IMG/VR virus record: IMGVR_UViG_3300038441_001119
Span: 62,001 to 126,000 of that record
Direction: 5' to 3' (one strand)
DNA: 64,000 nt
Shown: piece by piece, positions 1 to 8,923 of the stretch
How positions within the stretch are numbered: the first letter of the stretch is position 1
Layout of the letters: every line of letters begins with the position of its first letter
Position numbers and translations under genes: made by a program
Notes under the pieces: generated by a model
Databases searched by the model: none
The model's input: only the letters and a program-made list of their open reading frames with translations
Told to the model about the DNA's origin: nothing

Positions 1-153
1 GACCGTCGTAACTAAGGGCTGGGGCGGATTTACCACACCCTGCACACATATAGTAAGGGTTACCTCCTCCTATAGGTACATCCTCCCTTATCTTTCCTCG
101 GAGAGTATTTATCCTGTTCTGTAAACGTACAGCCCGGGGAATGTGGTTATCCT

Positions 154-342
154 TCATTGTAACCATAATTTGATTAGCCGTACGGAAGCCGCCACCACCA
201 CAAGCAATCCTATATGAAACATGAATGCGGCAAAGAAATCCACCACTGCTGTAAGCCTGTCAGTATGCGGTCGTCCTTTGTATCCTTTGAAAACCAGAGC
301 AGGCAGTATCAGGCGTCGGTAAATATTTGGAAAGTCTTTCAT
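154..342 (-). CDS. small hypothetical membrane protein
   Basis: 62-aa ORF, C-terminal hydrophobic stretch, ATGA overlap with upstream gene. Confidence 0.55.
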   Translation of the reverse strand: MKDFPNIYRRLILPALVFKGYKGRPHTDRLTAVVDFFAAFMFHIGLLVVVAASVRLIKLWLQ

Positions 343-635
343 GCGGCGTAAGTGGGTACGAGTCTGGATATCAGTATCAAGCCTTTGGGTCCTCTGATAA
401 TAAGTTCATCAGGCAGGGACAGCTCAAACAGTTGCCTCATATGCAGATACCATTTGGTGGTCTCTTCGTTGCTCTTGTTACTGAAGGGTGTTATCCCTAC
501 CATCACCATCTGAGCTGCGTTCATTTCGCTCCACTGCTCTTTGGCCTTCTGCTGTACATGCTGACGTAGGGCAGTCAAGTCGTACACAGGGATTGACGAA
601 TCAGGGCCTATGGGGATAGGTTTTTCAGTGGGCAC
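339..635 (-). CDS. hypothetical protein
   Basis: ORF in a tightly coupled minus-strand run. Confidence 0.6.
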   Translation of the reverse strand: MPTEKPIPIGPDSSIPVYDLTALRQHVQQKAKEQWSEMNAAQMVMVGITPFSNKSNEETTKWYLHMRQLFELSLPDELIIRGPKGLILISRLVPTYAA

Positions 636-891
636 AGCGTTTGGATGAGGGTTGAGGTAAATTTCTCCATTCTTTGTAGGAAAGGTTACCGGGGTTACCT
701 GTGTGCTTTGTCCAAGCCTCGTATCGTTCCACGTCCCACTTGGTTACCTTCAGGTAATAGGCGTACGGGACAACAGTAATGAGGATGAAGACTTCAATAG
801 CCAATATGATCTTCAGCTTGGTCAGAGGATCCATTGATTTCTTGTTTTTACCTGCAGCCAATTTCTGACAGTGTACGCAGTTGTCTTTCAT
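625..891 (-). CDS. hypothetical membrane protein (start reassigned to MKDNC)
   Basis: ATG at 891 overlaps the stop of 888..1145 (ATGA); one TM-like segment. Confidence 0.55.
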   Translation of the reverse strand: MKDNCVHCQKLAAGKNKKSMDPLTKLKIILAIEVFILITVVPYAYYLKVTKWDVERYEAWTKHTGNPGNLSYKEWRNLPQPSSKRCAH

Positions 892-1145
892 TTCTGTGGT
901 CTCTTTGTGACTTTGACGTGGTGATTGCAGGTGTGCCTGACGAGGGCGAATGCTTTGCGGAGCGAGTCTGCAAATCCATCTGCGGCTTCCCTTGTCGTAA
1001 AGGCTTCCACTTCTGGTTGTATGTCGAACGACATCTCTCCATGACGGGAGGTCCACTCGACATAGAATAGATCGATAGCATCGACTTCCTTGGTGTTATT
1101 GGTTTCAGGGACGGTTAGTTTTTTGAATCTGAAGAATCGGAACAT
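888..1145 (-). CDS. hypothetical protein
   Basis: ORF just downstream of a terminator. Confidence 0.6.
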   Translation of the reverse strand: MFRFFRFKKLTVPETNNTKEVDAIDLFYVEWTSRHGEMSFDIQPEVEAFTTREAADGFADSLRKAFALVRHTCNHHVKVTKRPQK

Positions 1146-1162
1146 GGTGTGAATTGAGAGTT

Positions 1163-1200
1163 AAAAGAAAAAGGGAAGGGACCCTCACGAGTCCCTTCCC
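1163..1200 (-). terminator. intrinsic terminator
   Basis: 10-bp stem GGGAAGGGAC/GTCCCTTCCC followed by a U-rich tract on the minus strand. Confidence 0.75.
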
Positions 1201-1209
1201 ACAAAAACG

Positions 1210-1617
1210 TTAAGCAGCTTTGGTCAAGACCTCCTTTCCAGCTACCAGCCATGCACGGACGTCGTCGCCAGTGTAGGTAGGTTTGCAACCATACGTACGC
1301 ACCATTTGAGCGATGCGTTGGATCTGTTTGGTCTCCAGTGTGGTAGCTTTCTGCTCGACAGTTTCGTAAGTCTTACCGCGAACAATAGCCAGAGCCAGCA
1401 ATGCTTCCCGTGCTGCAGTTCGAACCTCATTGACTCGATGCATACGCAGGTAGTTGTACTGATTCCAGCTGCTTGTTCGTTGTTCTTCCTTGCGGATTAC
1501 CATAGCTTCCAGCGCCAGCGATTTGATCTTGACCCGCAAGGCACACCTCCGATCCAATGGTTGGATAGTTGATGTCTTCTTACGGGCCTTTCTCTTATCG
1601 CGTGTCGCTGCTTTCAT
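1210..1617 (-). CDS. basic hypothetical phage protein
   Basis: 135-aa ORF ending just before the terminator. Confidence 0.7.
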   Translation of the reverse strand: MKAATRDKRKARKKTSTIQPLDRRCALRVKIKSLALEAMVIRKEEQRTSSWNQYNYLRMHRVNEVRTAAREALLALAIVRGKTYETVEQKATTLETKQIQRIAQMVRTYGCKPTYTGDDVRAWLVAGKEVLTKAA

Positions 1618-1847
1618 GTTTTTGTTTTGGTCAATCTACGTTTTCATTGTGCGTAGTTCTCCTTTGTTCGTGGGAGAGTGGTGGAGTATTGCGGAGTTTA
1701 ACCGCCCTAGGGGTATTAAGAGGGGCTTCCCTCACCTAGTCGTACGAACTTATACCCCAGAAAAAGTAGCCTCGAATTCCCGACATTATTGGGGCATACG
1801 GATAGGTCCCGAAGTCAAGCATCCTCGCATTCGACGACCTTTGGAAA

Positions 1848-2363
1848 TTATTTCTTGATAGTCTTGTTGGAGGTAACGGCCTTGGTGACGAGCTTGGCCA
1901 ACGCAAGAATCGAGGCAGGGGCAAGGGTCTGGCATTCCACCTTGACGGTACCGTCCGAGGCGACGACAGCCACGTAATCGCCAAGCTTCATGGTTGCCGC
2001 TACTTTGACCAGAGCGAATATAGGCACCCAGTACTTGCGCTCCTTGGCGTTCTTGAGTTCCTTCAAAAGCACACCATCTTCTGTAATGGCGTGAACCTTA
2101 TGTACCTCCTCCTCGTAGATGTAGACATCTGACGATCCGTAACCGCCGAAGCCCATGGTCTCGTTACCCCAAGCTCCATGAAGTACCACCTGATCGCCAA
2201 CCTTGAGTTTGTAGCGATTCAAGAAGACTTTGTGTACATCTTTGTAGATGGAGTTGGAATTAAACGGAGCCTTGACGTTTTTCAGTGTAACTCTTGCTGG
2301 TGCCTTTTTCTTGGCGGGTACTCTTCCTCTGCGTGACATAATGTTGGGTAAGTTTAGATTCAC
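1848..2363 (-). CDS. hypothetical protein, paralog of 2360..2836
   Basis: C-terminal DYVAVVASDGTVKVECQT aligns with DYIAEVQHDASVKVGCTT. Confidence 0.7.
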   Translation of the reverse strand: MNLNLPNIMSRRGRVPAKKKAPARVTLKNVKAPFNSNSIYKDVHKVFLNRYKLKVGDQVVLHGAWGNETMGFGGYGSSDVYIYEEEVHKVHAITEDGVLLKELKNAKERKYWVPIFALVKVAATMKLGDYVAVVASDGTVKVECQTLAPASILALAKLVTKAVTSNKTIKK

Positions 2364-2836
2364 TTAGAGGTCTTCTTGCTCATAGCAAGGGCCGCCTCGT
2401 AGATTTCCTTCAGCTTTTCGAAGTGAACGGTAGTGCAGCCTACTTTGACCGAAGCATCGTGTTGGACCTCGGCGATGTAGTCACTGTTGATTCGGATGGA
2501 TGGTCCGCGCAGCCTGAGGACGTGTGCCGGAACAGTGATGGTGGAATATCCGGAACCACGGGTAGGTACGACAACCACGCCAGTCGGAGTGATTTTGGTA
2601 ACCGTATAGGCAACCCCAGATCCGTAGGACTGTCGGCGTGAAGGTTGTCCGGGGAATCCGAGGACACCAGTTTCCCATGAGGAGGTGATCTGTACGGAAT
2701 CCTGCAGACCGATATTGGCGGCCTCCAGCATGATCTTCTGCACATCAGCGTAAGTGTTCCTCTTGGTTGTGTCGGCTTTTTTGGTTGGTGCTGCTTTTTT
2801 GGCTGCCACTTTTTTAGCGTTGGTTTTAGAAGGCAT
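2360..2836 (-). CDS. hypothetical protein with Lys/Ala-rich N-terminus, paralog of 1848..2363
   Basis: shared YxDVxK and C-terminal motifs. Confidence 0.7.
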   Translation of the reverse strand: MPSKTNAKKVAAKKAAPTKKADTTKRNTYADVQKIMLEAANIGLQDSVQITSSWETGVLGFPGQPSRRQSYGSGVAYTVTKITPTGVVVVPTRGSGYSTITVPAHVLRLRGPSIRINSDYIAEVQHDASVKVGCTTVHFEKLKEIYEAALAMSKKTSK

Positions 2837-2941
2837 TGGGTGTGTGGGTGTGTTATTTGTGGAGGGTTATACTCCAACCCTTTACTTGCAAGCTAAGGTA
2901 AAAGCAGTACCTTGCTTGCCTGTAAAAGATTCCGTGTGAGA

Positions 2942-3541
2942 TTAATAGTCGTCGTCTTCTTCTACCGGAACAGAGGTATTGAAAACGGCTTGTAATTCCT
3001 GATGCTTTTTCTTGTATCCCTCTAGGTAACCTTGTTTGTGTACCCAGCGTATATAGGAGTAGACATCGTCAGGCTGTTCCATGAAGAAGCCCGTGTGAGC
3101 GAGTATGACAAGACCGTTTAGAGCGTTCCTGAAGTCCAGAGGGCGCAGACCTTCTAGCCTCCTATTGGTAGCGAGGTCATGGACAGGATTACCTGCGTTT
3201 TCGGGAATAGGTTCGAATCCTAGTTGCTGAAATACGGTGCGCAGGCGTGTGTTGGATTCGTTGTTCCAGATAACAACATCCAAGTTGTACTGATCTTTGA
3301 TGGCGATGGCATGAGGGTACGCAACACGTACGTTGTACCCTTCAGCCCACCTTTGCTTATCTGCGTCCTGAGACGAGTAGGGGCGAAGCTGTGGTTGTAT
3401 TTGGCGCAGCATTGCATCAGCCTGCTGTCCTTCTGGAATAAATGCCAGCAGGAACCGAGAGGTATCCTGCGTATCCAGACCTAGGTAAGAAAAGTAAAAA
3501 CGCTTGTGCGGTCTTGGTGGGTTGACTGGTACTTCGCTCAT
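2942..3541 (-). CDS. hypothetical protein
   Basis: 199-aa ORF. Confidence 0.7.
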   Translation of the reverse strand: MSEVPVNPPRPHKRFYFSYLGLDTQDTSRFLLAFIPEGQQADAMLRQIQPQLRPYSSQDADKQRWAEGYNVRVAYPHAIAIKDQYNLDVVIWNNESNTRLRTVFQQLGFEPIPENAGNPVHDLATNRRLEGLRPLDFRNALNGLVILAHTGFFMEQPDDVYSYIRWVHKQGYLEGYKKKHQELQAVFNTSVPVEEDDDY

Positions 3542-3563
3542 GGCGGTGTGTGATTAAAAAAAA

Positions 3564-3612
3564 TGGAGGCCCCGCTCGGTTATTCACCGATTCTCAGCTA
3601 GCACACGGGACC
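3564..3612 (-). ncRNA. tRNA-like mini-RNA (acceptor stem + T-arm-like hairpin + CCA, no D or anticodon arm)
   Basis: minus strand GGTCCCG-14nt-ATCGG TGAATAA CCGAG-CGGGGCC-T-CCA, directly downstream of two tRNAs; could alternatively act as a terminator. Confidence 0.4.
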
Positions 3613-3621
3613 TTTGGAAAG

Positions 3622-3695
3622 TGGAAGCCTCGGGGCGAATCGAACGCCCATTATTGCAGTCAAAGTGCAAAGTCTTACCACTAAACGACGAGGCT
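3622..3695 (-). tRNA. tRNA-Gln(TTG)
   Basis: AGCCTCG/CGAGGCT acceptor, TTGCA-CTTTGAC-TGCAA anticodon arm, TTCGATT T-loop, encoded CCA. Confidence 0.9.
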
Positions 3696-3696
3696 A

Positions 3697-3775
3697 TGGC
3701 GCCCGCGCTCGGATTCGAACCGAGAACCTTCTAGCCTAGGAACCAGACGCCTCTAACCGTTGAGGCTACGCGAGC
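3697..3775 (-). tRNA. atypical tRNA, Arg(CCT)-like, with 8-nt anticodon loop TTCCTAGG
   Basis: GCTCGCG/CGCGGGC acceptor, 5-bp D stem, TCTGG-TTCCTAGG-CTAGA, TTCGAAT, GCCA. Confidence 0.8.
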
Positions 3776-3813
3776 GATGAAGGTGGGTAGATTCTCACCT
3801 ACCCACCTAGAAG

Positions 3814-4806
3814 TCAAATACCAAGATCGCGGCAAATTTCATTCAGGTGTGCCGCTTCATCACCCCAAGAGGCAACAACAAGCGCACCACCCTGAACAAA
3901 CTTGACGACCAAGGGATCATGGGGTACTGGAAGAATCTGTGTAGCGGATGTACCATCTTTCTTGCACCGCTCAATGAAGTCATCCTTCACGTCGAACGCG
4001 GCATTGGGAGCAAGGATGAACATCTGGTTCTGCATTGTCGTGCAGTTGGATTCCAGACGCTTGGAGTGCGATTCGAACATAGTCTCCTCGTACTCTGCAC
4101 GTCGGCGTTTGTAATCTTCGCGTTCACGTGCTGCCTCGGCACCATTGTACATGAACGAGAAATCACTGATAACGACGCTAGCGTTCTGTTTCGCTACTCC
4201 CCGTATGCGTGCCCGGTAGGTACTCATTTCCGCAGCAGCATCTGAGATACGAGGTGCGGTGCCCTTGCCCGTACTATCGCAATCCATCAGACACAGGATC
4301 TCCGCCTTGTTCACATTGTGCACAGGCTGAAGCTCGAATGCCTCCATATAGCCCAACTGACTTGGCGGGACGGCGCCCCGGTAATGGTTGAGCGTATCTG
4401 TGTGAAGGTTCAAGGCTTTGCGAACAGCGTGGAATCCAGCCCAAGGGAGGAACCGGCTATTCGGGTAGTCCTTTTCATACTTCTCACGGAGATGAGGATA
4501 CTCAAGGAAGGACGAACGGAAGGCAGCGAGACGGATGTCCGAGGTCTTGGTGAACCCAAGTTTCTCAGCACGTTTCGCATTCTCCTGATCGACGAGAAAG
4601 GAAGGCGAAGTGGCTTCCTTGACATTGCGCTCAACGAAAGCGGCAATGGTTTCAGTGCTCTTGCGATCAAGAACAGCAGTATTGGATGGTTCCATTTGTG
4701 GATGAAGTGGTTCGATGTGTTCGAAAGTGTCAAACAAAAGGTCGTAGGGATCTGCACTCAGATCTGCCCATGCCTCCATGATGGCGTCAAGAGAATCAGA
4801 GTCCAA
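3814..4806 (-). CDS. hypothetical protein, paralog of 4796..5683
   Basis: shared YPxSRF(L/I)P, YxGxVP and DPLVxxFVxGGALxVASWGDEA motifs. Confidence 0.8.
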   Translation of the reverse strand: MDSDSLDAIMEAWADLSADPYDLLFDTFEHIEPLHPQMEPSNTAVLDRKSTETIAAFVERNVKEATSPSFLVDQENAKRAEKLGFTKTSDIRLAAFRSSFLEYPHLREKYEKDYPNSRFLPWAGFHAVRKALNLHTDTLNHYRGAVPPSQLGYMEAFELQPVHNVNKAEILCLMDCDSTGKGTAPRISDAAAEMSTYRARIRGVAKQNASVVISDFSFMYNGAEAAREREDYKRRRAEYEETMFESHSKRLESNCTTMQNQMFILAPNAAFDVKDDFIERCKKDGTSATQILPVPHDPLVVKFVQGGALVVASWGDEAAHLNEICRDLGI

Positions 4807-5683
4807 GTTCGTTGACTACGCCGTTAATGAATTCCGCCTCATCACCCCAAGAGGCGACGATAAGGGCACCGCCGGGAACAAAACGGAGGACGAGTGGATC
4901 CTTTGGGATCGGGAGCTTCTGGGTGGAAGCATCAACCTGTTCACGGAAACGCTTGACGAAGTCCTTGTCCTTGGTGAAGGCTGTTGGAGGAGCCACCACA
5001 AAGAACTCAGACCGGAACTGTTCGAAGAACTTGTTGAATGGCTTCAGATGGACTTTCATCCAACCCTCCTTGTTGACGGAGTTCGTAAGTTTGCGGCAAT
5101 CCAGCTCGCCGTTGAAGCAATCACGATTCTCGCTCATGATCCGGTTGAACGCCGTAACCGAAATACGACCGAAGTTGACATCGACGGTATTCTTGATGTC
5201 CTCGATCATCTTCTTGTGTGCCTTTTCGCACGCTTCTTGGTCCATCTCGAACTGTATGGGTGCGAGACCTGCCAGATGGTAGAGACCCTTCGTGTCAGGG
5301 AAGTCGCGCTCCTTGAGTTCGAAGTCGGTGATCAGTTTTGCCTGACTATCAGGAACACCACCTGCGTAGTATTCCGCCAAGTCGATGCTGAGCTTCATCG
5401 TGCTGATGGTAGCCAAAAGACCAGCCATAGGGATGAAACGGGAAGTAGGATACTTCGCGAGGTAGTGCTCGCGAAGTTCCGGATTGGCGACAAACTTACG
5501 ATGGAAATCGTTGAGTTTGATGGAAGCCGAGGATTTGAATCCGACGGCTGCGAGACGGTTGCACATCAGGGTTTCTTGGTGGAACCCCTCCGAGCGACCG
5601 TACACTTCGTAGTGGTTGATGAAACTGTCGATACGATCTGCTGAAGTGCCGACGGTTTTTGGATCAAGTGTTGGAGTTTGCAT
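4796..5683 (-). CDS. hypothetical protein, paralog of 3814..4806
   Basis: same motifs as neighbour. Confidence 0.8.
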   Translation of the reverse strand: MQTPTLDPKTVGTSADRIDSFINHYEVYGRSEGFHQETLMCNRLAAVGFKSSASIKLNDFHRKFVANPELREHYLAKYPTSRFIPMAGLLATISTMKLSIDLAEYYAGGVPDSQAKLITDFELKERDFPDTKGLYHLAGLAPIQFEMDQEACEKAHKKMIEDIKNTVDVNFGRISVTAFNRIMSENRDCFNGELDCRKLTNSVNKEGWMKVHLKPFNKFFEQFRSEFFVVAPPTAFTKDKDFVKRFREQVDASTQKLPIPKDPLVLRFVPGGALIVASWGDEAEFINGVVNELGL

Positions 5684-6233
5684 CTGGTAGTGTGGATCTA
5701 ATTAAATCCCGCACTTCCATCAGAATAAACCCGAGGTCATTTTCCCCGGGCCATTTCTCTGGTGAACGTGCATCGGGATGATCTGCAAGAAGACCCGTCC
5801 CATACCGTGTGTCGGTAGGATGAGCCTCGACGATAATGCTATCTCCCGTGTCCAGTAGATAGGACTGCAGGAGAGGATGCTGGGTGAACTTTTGCAAGTT
5901 CGCATGTGCGATGAATCCCCTATAAACGATATCCCATGCATTCTGTTCAAAGCCTTTGACCTCACGACCAATGGCTTTGATTTTCTGGGAATCGGGTTCC
6001 GCGAGAATACGATCCGCAGCTTCGTTGTCTCCGAAAAACCTCGCTTTCATCCACAGCATCAAATGCTTGGCTGATGCGAAGGTGATACCGGCATGTGTAA
6101 CATCGCATTGGAATCCCTGTGCGAGACAGGCATTGTCCAATTCGACGGGACTGGCAAGCTTGCTGCCGTAAAAGAAGGTGAAACTTGGTGTCTCACCTTC
6201 TTGCATTCTTCTAATCAATTTAGCCTTGTTCAT
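5664..6233 (-). CDS. NADAR (YbiA-like) family protein
   Basis: KARFFGD, KAIGREV, KFTQHP.L..YLLDTG, EAHPTDTRYGTG, GENDLGFILMEVR. Confidence 0.85.
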   Translation of the reverse strand: MNKAKLIRRMQEGETPSFTFFYGSKLASPVELDNACLAQGFQCDVTHAGITFASAKHLMLWMKARFFGDNEAADRILAEPDSQKIKAIGREVKGFEQNAWDIVYRGFIAHANLQKFTQHPLLQSYLLDTGDSIIVEAHPTDTRYGTGLLADHPDARSPEKWPGENDLGFILMEVRDLIRSTLPDANSNT

Positions 6234-6273
6234 GGTGGTTTCTGTTGGTAACGTTGGTTACGTTGGTTGGAAA

Positions 6274-6549
6274 TTAATCGTCGTCCATATGTTTGGTGGA
6301 CTCTATATGCCTGATCTCCTGCATTGTTTTTGCGTGGAGACTGTTGGGGTTACCTGCTTGCCTTGGATTACGACACATGGAGCAGGAGCAGGGTTTCCTG
6401 TTCTTGTGAAGGATAACAGCTCTCCGATGGATCTGTTCTGGAGTAAGCGATTTGAAGTAACGGTTGTTGATCTTCTCAAACTCCTCCATCCGGGCTACCA
6501 TCCGTTTTCGCTGATGGCGACGAAACGCTCTTCCGTATTCCGAGGACAT
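6274..6549 (-). CDS. small basic Zn-binding phage protein
   Basis: PCSCSMCRNPR motif. Confidence 0.65.
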   Translation of the reverse strand: MSSEYGRAFRRHQRKRMVARMEEFEKINNRYFKSLTPEQIHRRAVILHKNRKPCSCSMCRNPRQAGNPNSLHAKTMQEIRHIESTKHMDDD

Positions 6550-6551
6550 AT

Positions 6552-6938
6552 TTAGTCGAAGCTACCACCGCCTCCACCACCAGAGTCACCCCCGCTGAAA
6601 CTAGACCCGCCGCTATCGTAACTAGAACCGCCACTGCTATAGCCGCCGCTATCGTAACTAGAACCGCCGCTGTAATCGCTAGGCACAAAAGAAGTGCCAG
6701 AGCTATCACTATCATGCAGGGAAGAGCCAGAATGATGACCAGAATCTGAAGGGGCTTCGGGAGATCCTTCAGTTTTGTCTGATTCTTTGTGGTGGTGTCC
6801 TGACTCTGTGTGGATGAAGACAGGTACGTAGGGAGGGTGATACGATTCGGGTGACGGGGAACTGAATCCATGGTTACGACGGGGTGGTTGGTTCTGTTTC
6901 TTTTTGGAACCGAACAAGCGGTTGAAGGGCCAGATCAT
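6552..6938 (-). CDS. Gly/Ser-rich hypothetical protein
   Basis: low-complexity SGGSSYDSGG tail ending GGGGGGSFD. Confidence 0.7.
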   Translation of the reverse strand: MIWPFNRLFGSKKKQNQPPRRNHGFSSPSPESYHPPYVPVFIHTESGHHHKESDKTEGSPEAPSDSGHHSGSSLHDSDSSGTSFVPSDYSGGSSYDSGGYSSGGSSYDSGGSSFSGGDSGGGGGGSFD

Positions 6939-7164
6939 GTGTTTTGTTAATGGGTATGTATTGTGAACGCCAAGTGCACTTCAGATTGAAGCACAAGTAG
7001 TAACTGCCTGTTTTCATTTTCTCCATGAAGAATGCTTTCTCTTTGCATTCCGGACAATCGATCATGAAACAGGAGGGACAGACGTGCCACTTCTGCTTGG
7101 CGCATCCGGGTTTTAGTCCTCGCTCTCTATCGCAGAAGATACAGGTGGTGGGTTCTCCTTCCAT
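6874..7164 (-). CDS. Cys-rich (zinc-finger) hypothetical protein
   Basis: several CxxC pairs; overlaps both neighbours. Confidence 0.5.
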   Translation of the reverse strand: MEGEPTTCIFCDRERGLKPGCAKQKWHVCPSCFMIDCPECKEKAFFMEKMKTGSYYLCFNLKCTWRSQYIPINKTHDLALQPLVRFQKETEPTTPS

Positions 7165-7676
7165 GCGACAATAGGGCAATGTTTCTTGTACCAAGCCTTT
7201 ATACCGGCAACGAAGAAGTTATCTTCTGGTGGGCTGGCAAAGGAGTAACCTTGCTGCAGGCGGCGTTTCCGTTTCTCTCTCCATGTGGACACTTTGGTGA
7301 CAGCAAGGGAGATGGATATGATTGCCCCGCAGAACAAGGCCAGCGCGACTACAAAGGCCACCACACCTATGCCGAACTGCCACCAGTTAAGACCTTTTCC
7401 AAAAAAGAGCACGCCCATACAACTGCCGCCCATAGCTGCAACGAAGAGCAATACGAACAGGATGAAGTGGGCGGCGAGACTGGTACCGAAGTGTGTCCAG
7501 AATCCTCTCTTATACGGGGTACCGGAGTTCAGCCAAAGACCAAGCCATAGTACCGGGAAGGTGACTACATATAGGAGGGTTTTCCAGAAGTAAGGGCAGA
7601 AGTTTGTGGGTAGGGTATTATTTGGATTGACCCGTCGGTATAACCGGGCATGCCAAGCGTTGGAAGACAGATTCAT
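7113..7676 (-). CDS. multi-pass membrane protein
   Basis: three hydrophobic segments; NFCPYFW and HCPIV motifs. Confidence 0.75.
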   Translation of the reverse strand: MNLSSNAWHARLYRRVNPNNTLPTNFCPYFWKTLLYVVTFPVLWLGLWLNSGTPYKRGFWTHFGTSLAAHFILFVLLFVAAMGGSCMGVLFFGKGLNWWQFGIGVVAFVVALALFCGAIISISLAVTKVSTWREKRKRRLQQGYSFASPPEDNFFVAGIKAWYKKHCPIVAWKENPPPVSSAIESED

Positions 7677-8059
7677 TTTTCGGATAGAGTGAGGATGAGT
7701 GCTATGGTGATTTGACGTGGAGATGCAGAAAACGGATACAGGTCAGCTTGCATGGCTCCGGATTCTCGCTGCACCTTTTCAAGGTTTTCAGCGAATAGCT
7801 TTACCTTGTTCGGAAAGACCGATTTGTATGCCTCCATAGCGGGGTCATAGAAATCACTCGCACAAGGTGGGTGAGACGGATATCTCTCCACCGGCAGATG
7901 CTTGAACCGATCATGCTTCCATGCCTTTTCCTTCATGTCGCCTATGGGACCGAGATCATCGCACAGAGATCGCTCCACTTGAGTCCACCCGGTTTTCAAT
8001 GCGAGGATTGAATTGAGGTTGTGGTTTGGTTGCTTGTTCAGGTATTCAATGGTGTACAT
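7673..8059 (-). CDS. hypothetical protein (start reassigned to MYTIE)
   Basis: upstream extension would run through a strong hairpin. Confidence 0.6.
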   Translation of the reverse strand: MYTIEYLNKQPNHNLNSILALKTGWTQVERSLCDDLGPIGDMKEKAWKHDRFKHLPVERYPSHPPCASDFYDPAMEAYKSVFPNKVKLFAENLEKVQRESGAMQADLYPFSASPRQITIALILTLSEK

Positions 8060-8078
8060 AAAAAGATAAAAATGAGGT

Positions 8079-8110
8079 AAGTTCGGGGGTAGACAGCTAC
8101 CCCCGAACTT
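8079..8110. terminator. strong hairpin (terminator or RNA 3' end)
   Basis: AAGTTCGGGGGTAG-ACAG-CTACCCCCGAACTT, 14-bp stem. Confidence 0.6.
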
Positions 8111-8523
8111 TTTCACACACGCACAGTGGGAGTTAACCCGAAGATGCAGTTGCGCAGGTTCTAGCAGGCGACGACGTAACATTGACGGCCCCGACCTAAG
8201 AACTTGTCCTATCAATTTTTTCGACACAAGTTCAGCGACATCGCCCTCCCCTCACGGAACGACAATAGCGCCTACCTGCTGGCCGGATAGTTAGCGATCC
8301 ATTTTAACCTGTGGATACAGGAAGGCTGTACTTGGAACCCATTTGCGCAAAGGTTCCAAGTAGTCGTCAGCGCATACGTAGTAATGCCGTCTGTTCGTAC
8401 ACCACTGCAGTGTCGGAACTATACACGATATTAGAGCCATTGACCCGGGTTCATCGGTATTGGGCGGAGGTGCCGAGCGGGATGCTGGGCGGAAAGGAAA
8501 GTGACGACACACCTTCCTGGCTC
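8111..8523 (-). ncRNA. candidate large structured ncRNA
   Basis: no convincing ORF; begins at the promoter motif; nested helices (GAGCCA/TGGCTC, TACTTGGAACC/GGTTCCAAGTA, GAACTTGT/ACAAGTTC, CAGGTT/AACCTG, AGCAGG/CCTGCT, CAGTGG/CCACTG). Confidence 0.5.
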
Positions 8524-8556
8524 ATTAATATATAGCACCGCAGTGCTTATATTTGC
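8521..8556 (-). promoter_or_regulatory. bipartite promoter motif, copy 1
   Basis: GCAA-N14-GTGCTATATA-TTAA-TGAG. Confidence 0.7.
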
Positions 8557-8572
8557 TTGGTGTGTATTAGGT

Positions 8573-8616
8573 AAAAAGAAGTACCCACGTCCCCTTGCGG
8601 GGACGAAGGTACTTCT
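8573..8616 (-). terminator. intrinsic terminator
   Basis: AGAAGTACC..CGTCCCC/GGGGACG..GGTACTTCT hairpin + U tract. Confidence 0.7.
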
Positions 8617-8645
8617 CTCCATGGATGTTGACTGATACCCGGAAA

Positions 8646-8855
8646 TTAACGGCGGTCGTAGTTGCGAGGAGGCAGTTCAGCCTCGTGGCGGACGGCGTCG
8701 ACGAATTCGCGTTCTTTCTTCTCGCGATATTCCTCACGGCGTTCACGTTCGCGGTCGACGACTTTCTCTTCCTCCGTACGTGGGTCGCACGAGCTGAGGG
8801 CGAGGGCAGTGGAAGCAGCTGCAACGAGCAGCATGATATGTTTGTTCAGTTTCAT
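8646..8855 (-). CDS. small lipoprotein
   Basis: signal peptide with lipobox LSSC, charged tail. Confidence 0.7.
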   Translation of the reverse strand: MKLNKHIMLLVAAASTALALSSCDPRTEEEKVVDRERERREEYREKKEREFVDAVRHEAELPPRNYDRR

Positions 8856-8923
8856 CTGGTTTGGTGGGGTTGTTGGTTAACTATAGCACGGAAAGCTTGG
8901 GTGGAGTTTCACCACCCTCTTGG

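Noticed and set aside
6590-6680. Short direct repeats (CCGCCGCTATCGTAACTAGAACCGCC) as a possible CRISPR array
   Set aside because: Only two to three coding repeats of GGSSYDSGG with no spacer structure; no cas genes in the window.
6476-6871. Hydrophobic 131-aa ORF that looks like a membrane protein
   Set aside because: Alternative frame of the Gly/Ser-repeat gene 6552..6938; the hydrophobicity is a by-product of the repeat.
8111-8523. Group I intron or RNase P identity for the structured region
   Set aside because: No P7-type core pairing or GAGGAAAGUCC signature found, and no interrupted host gene.
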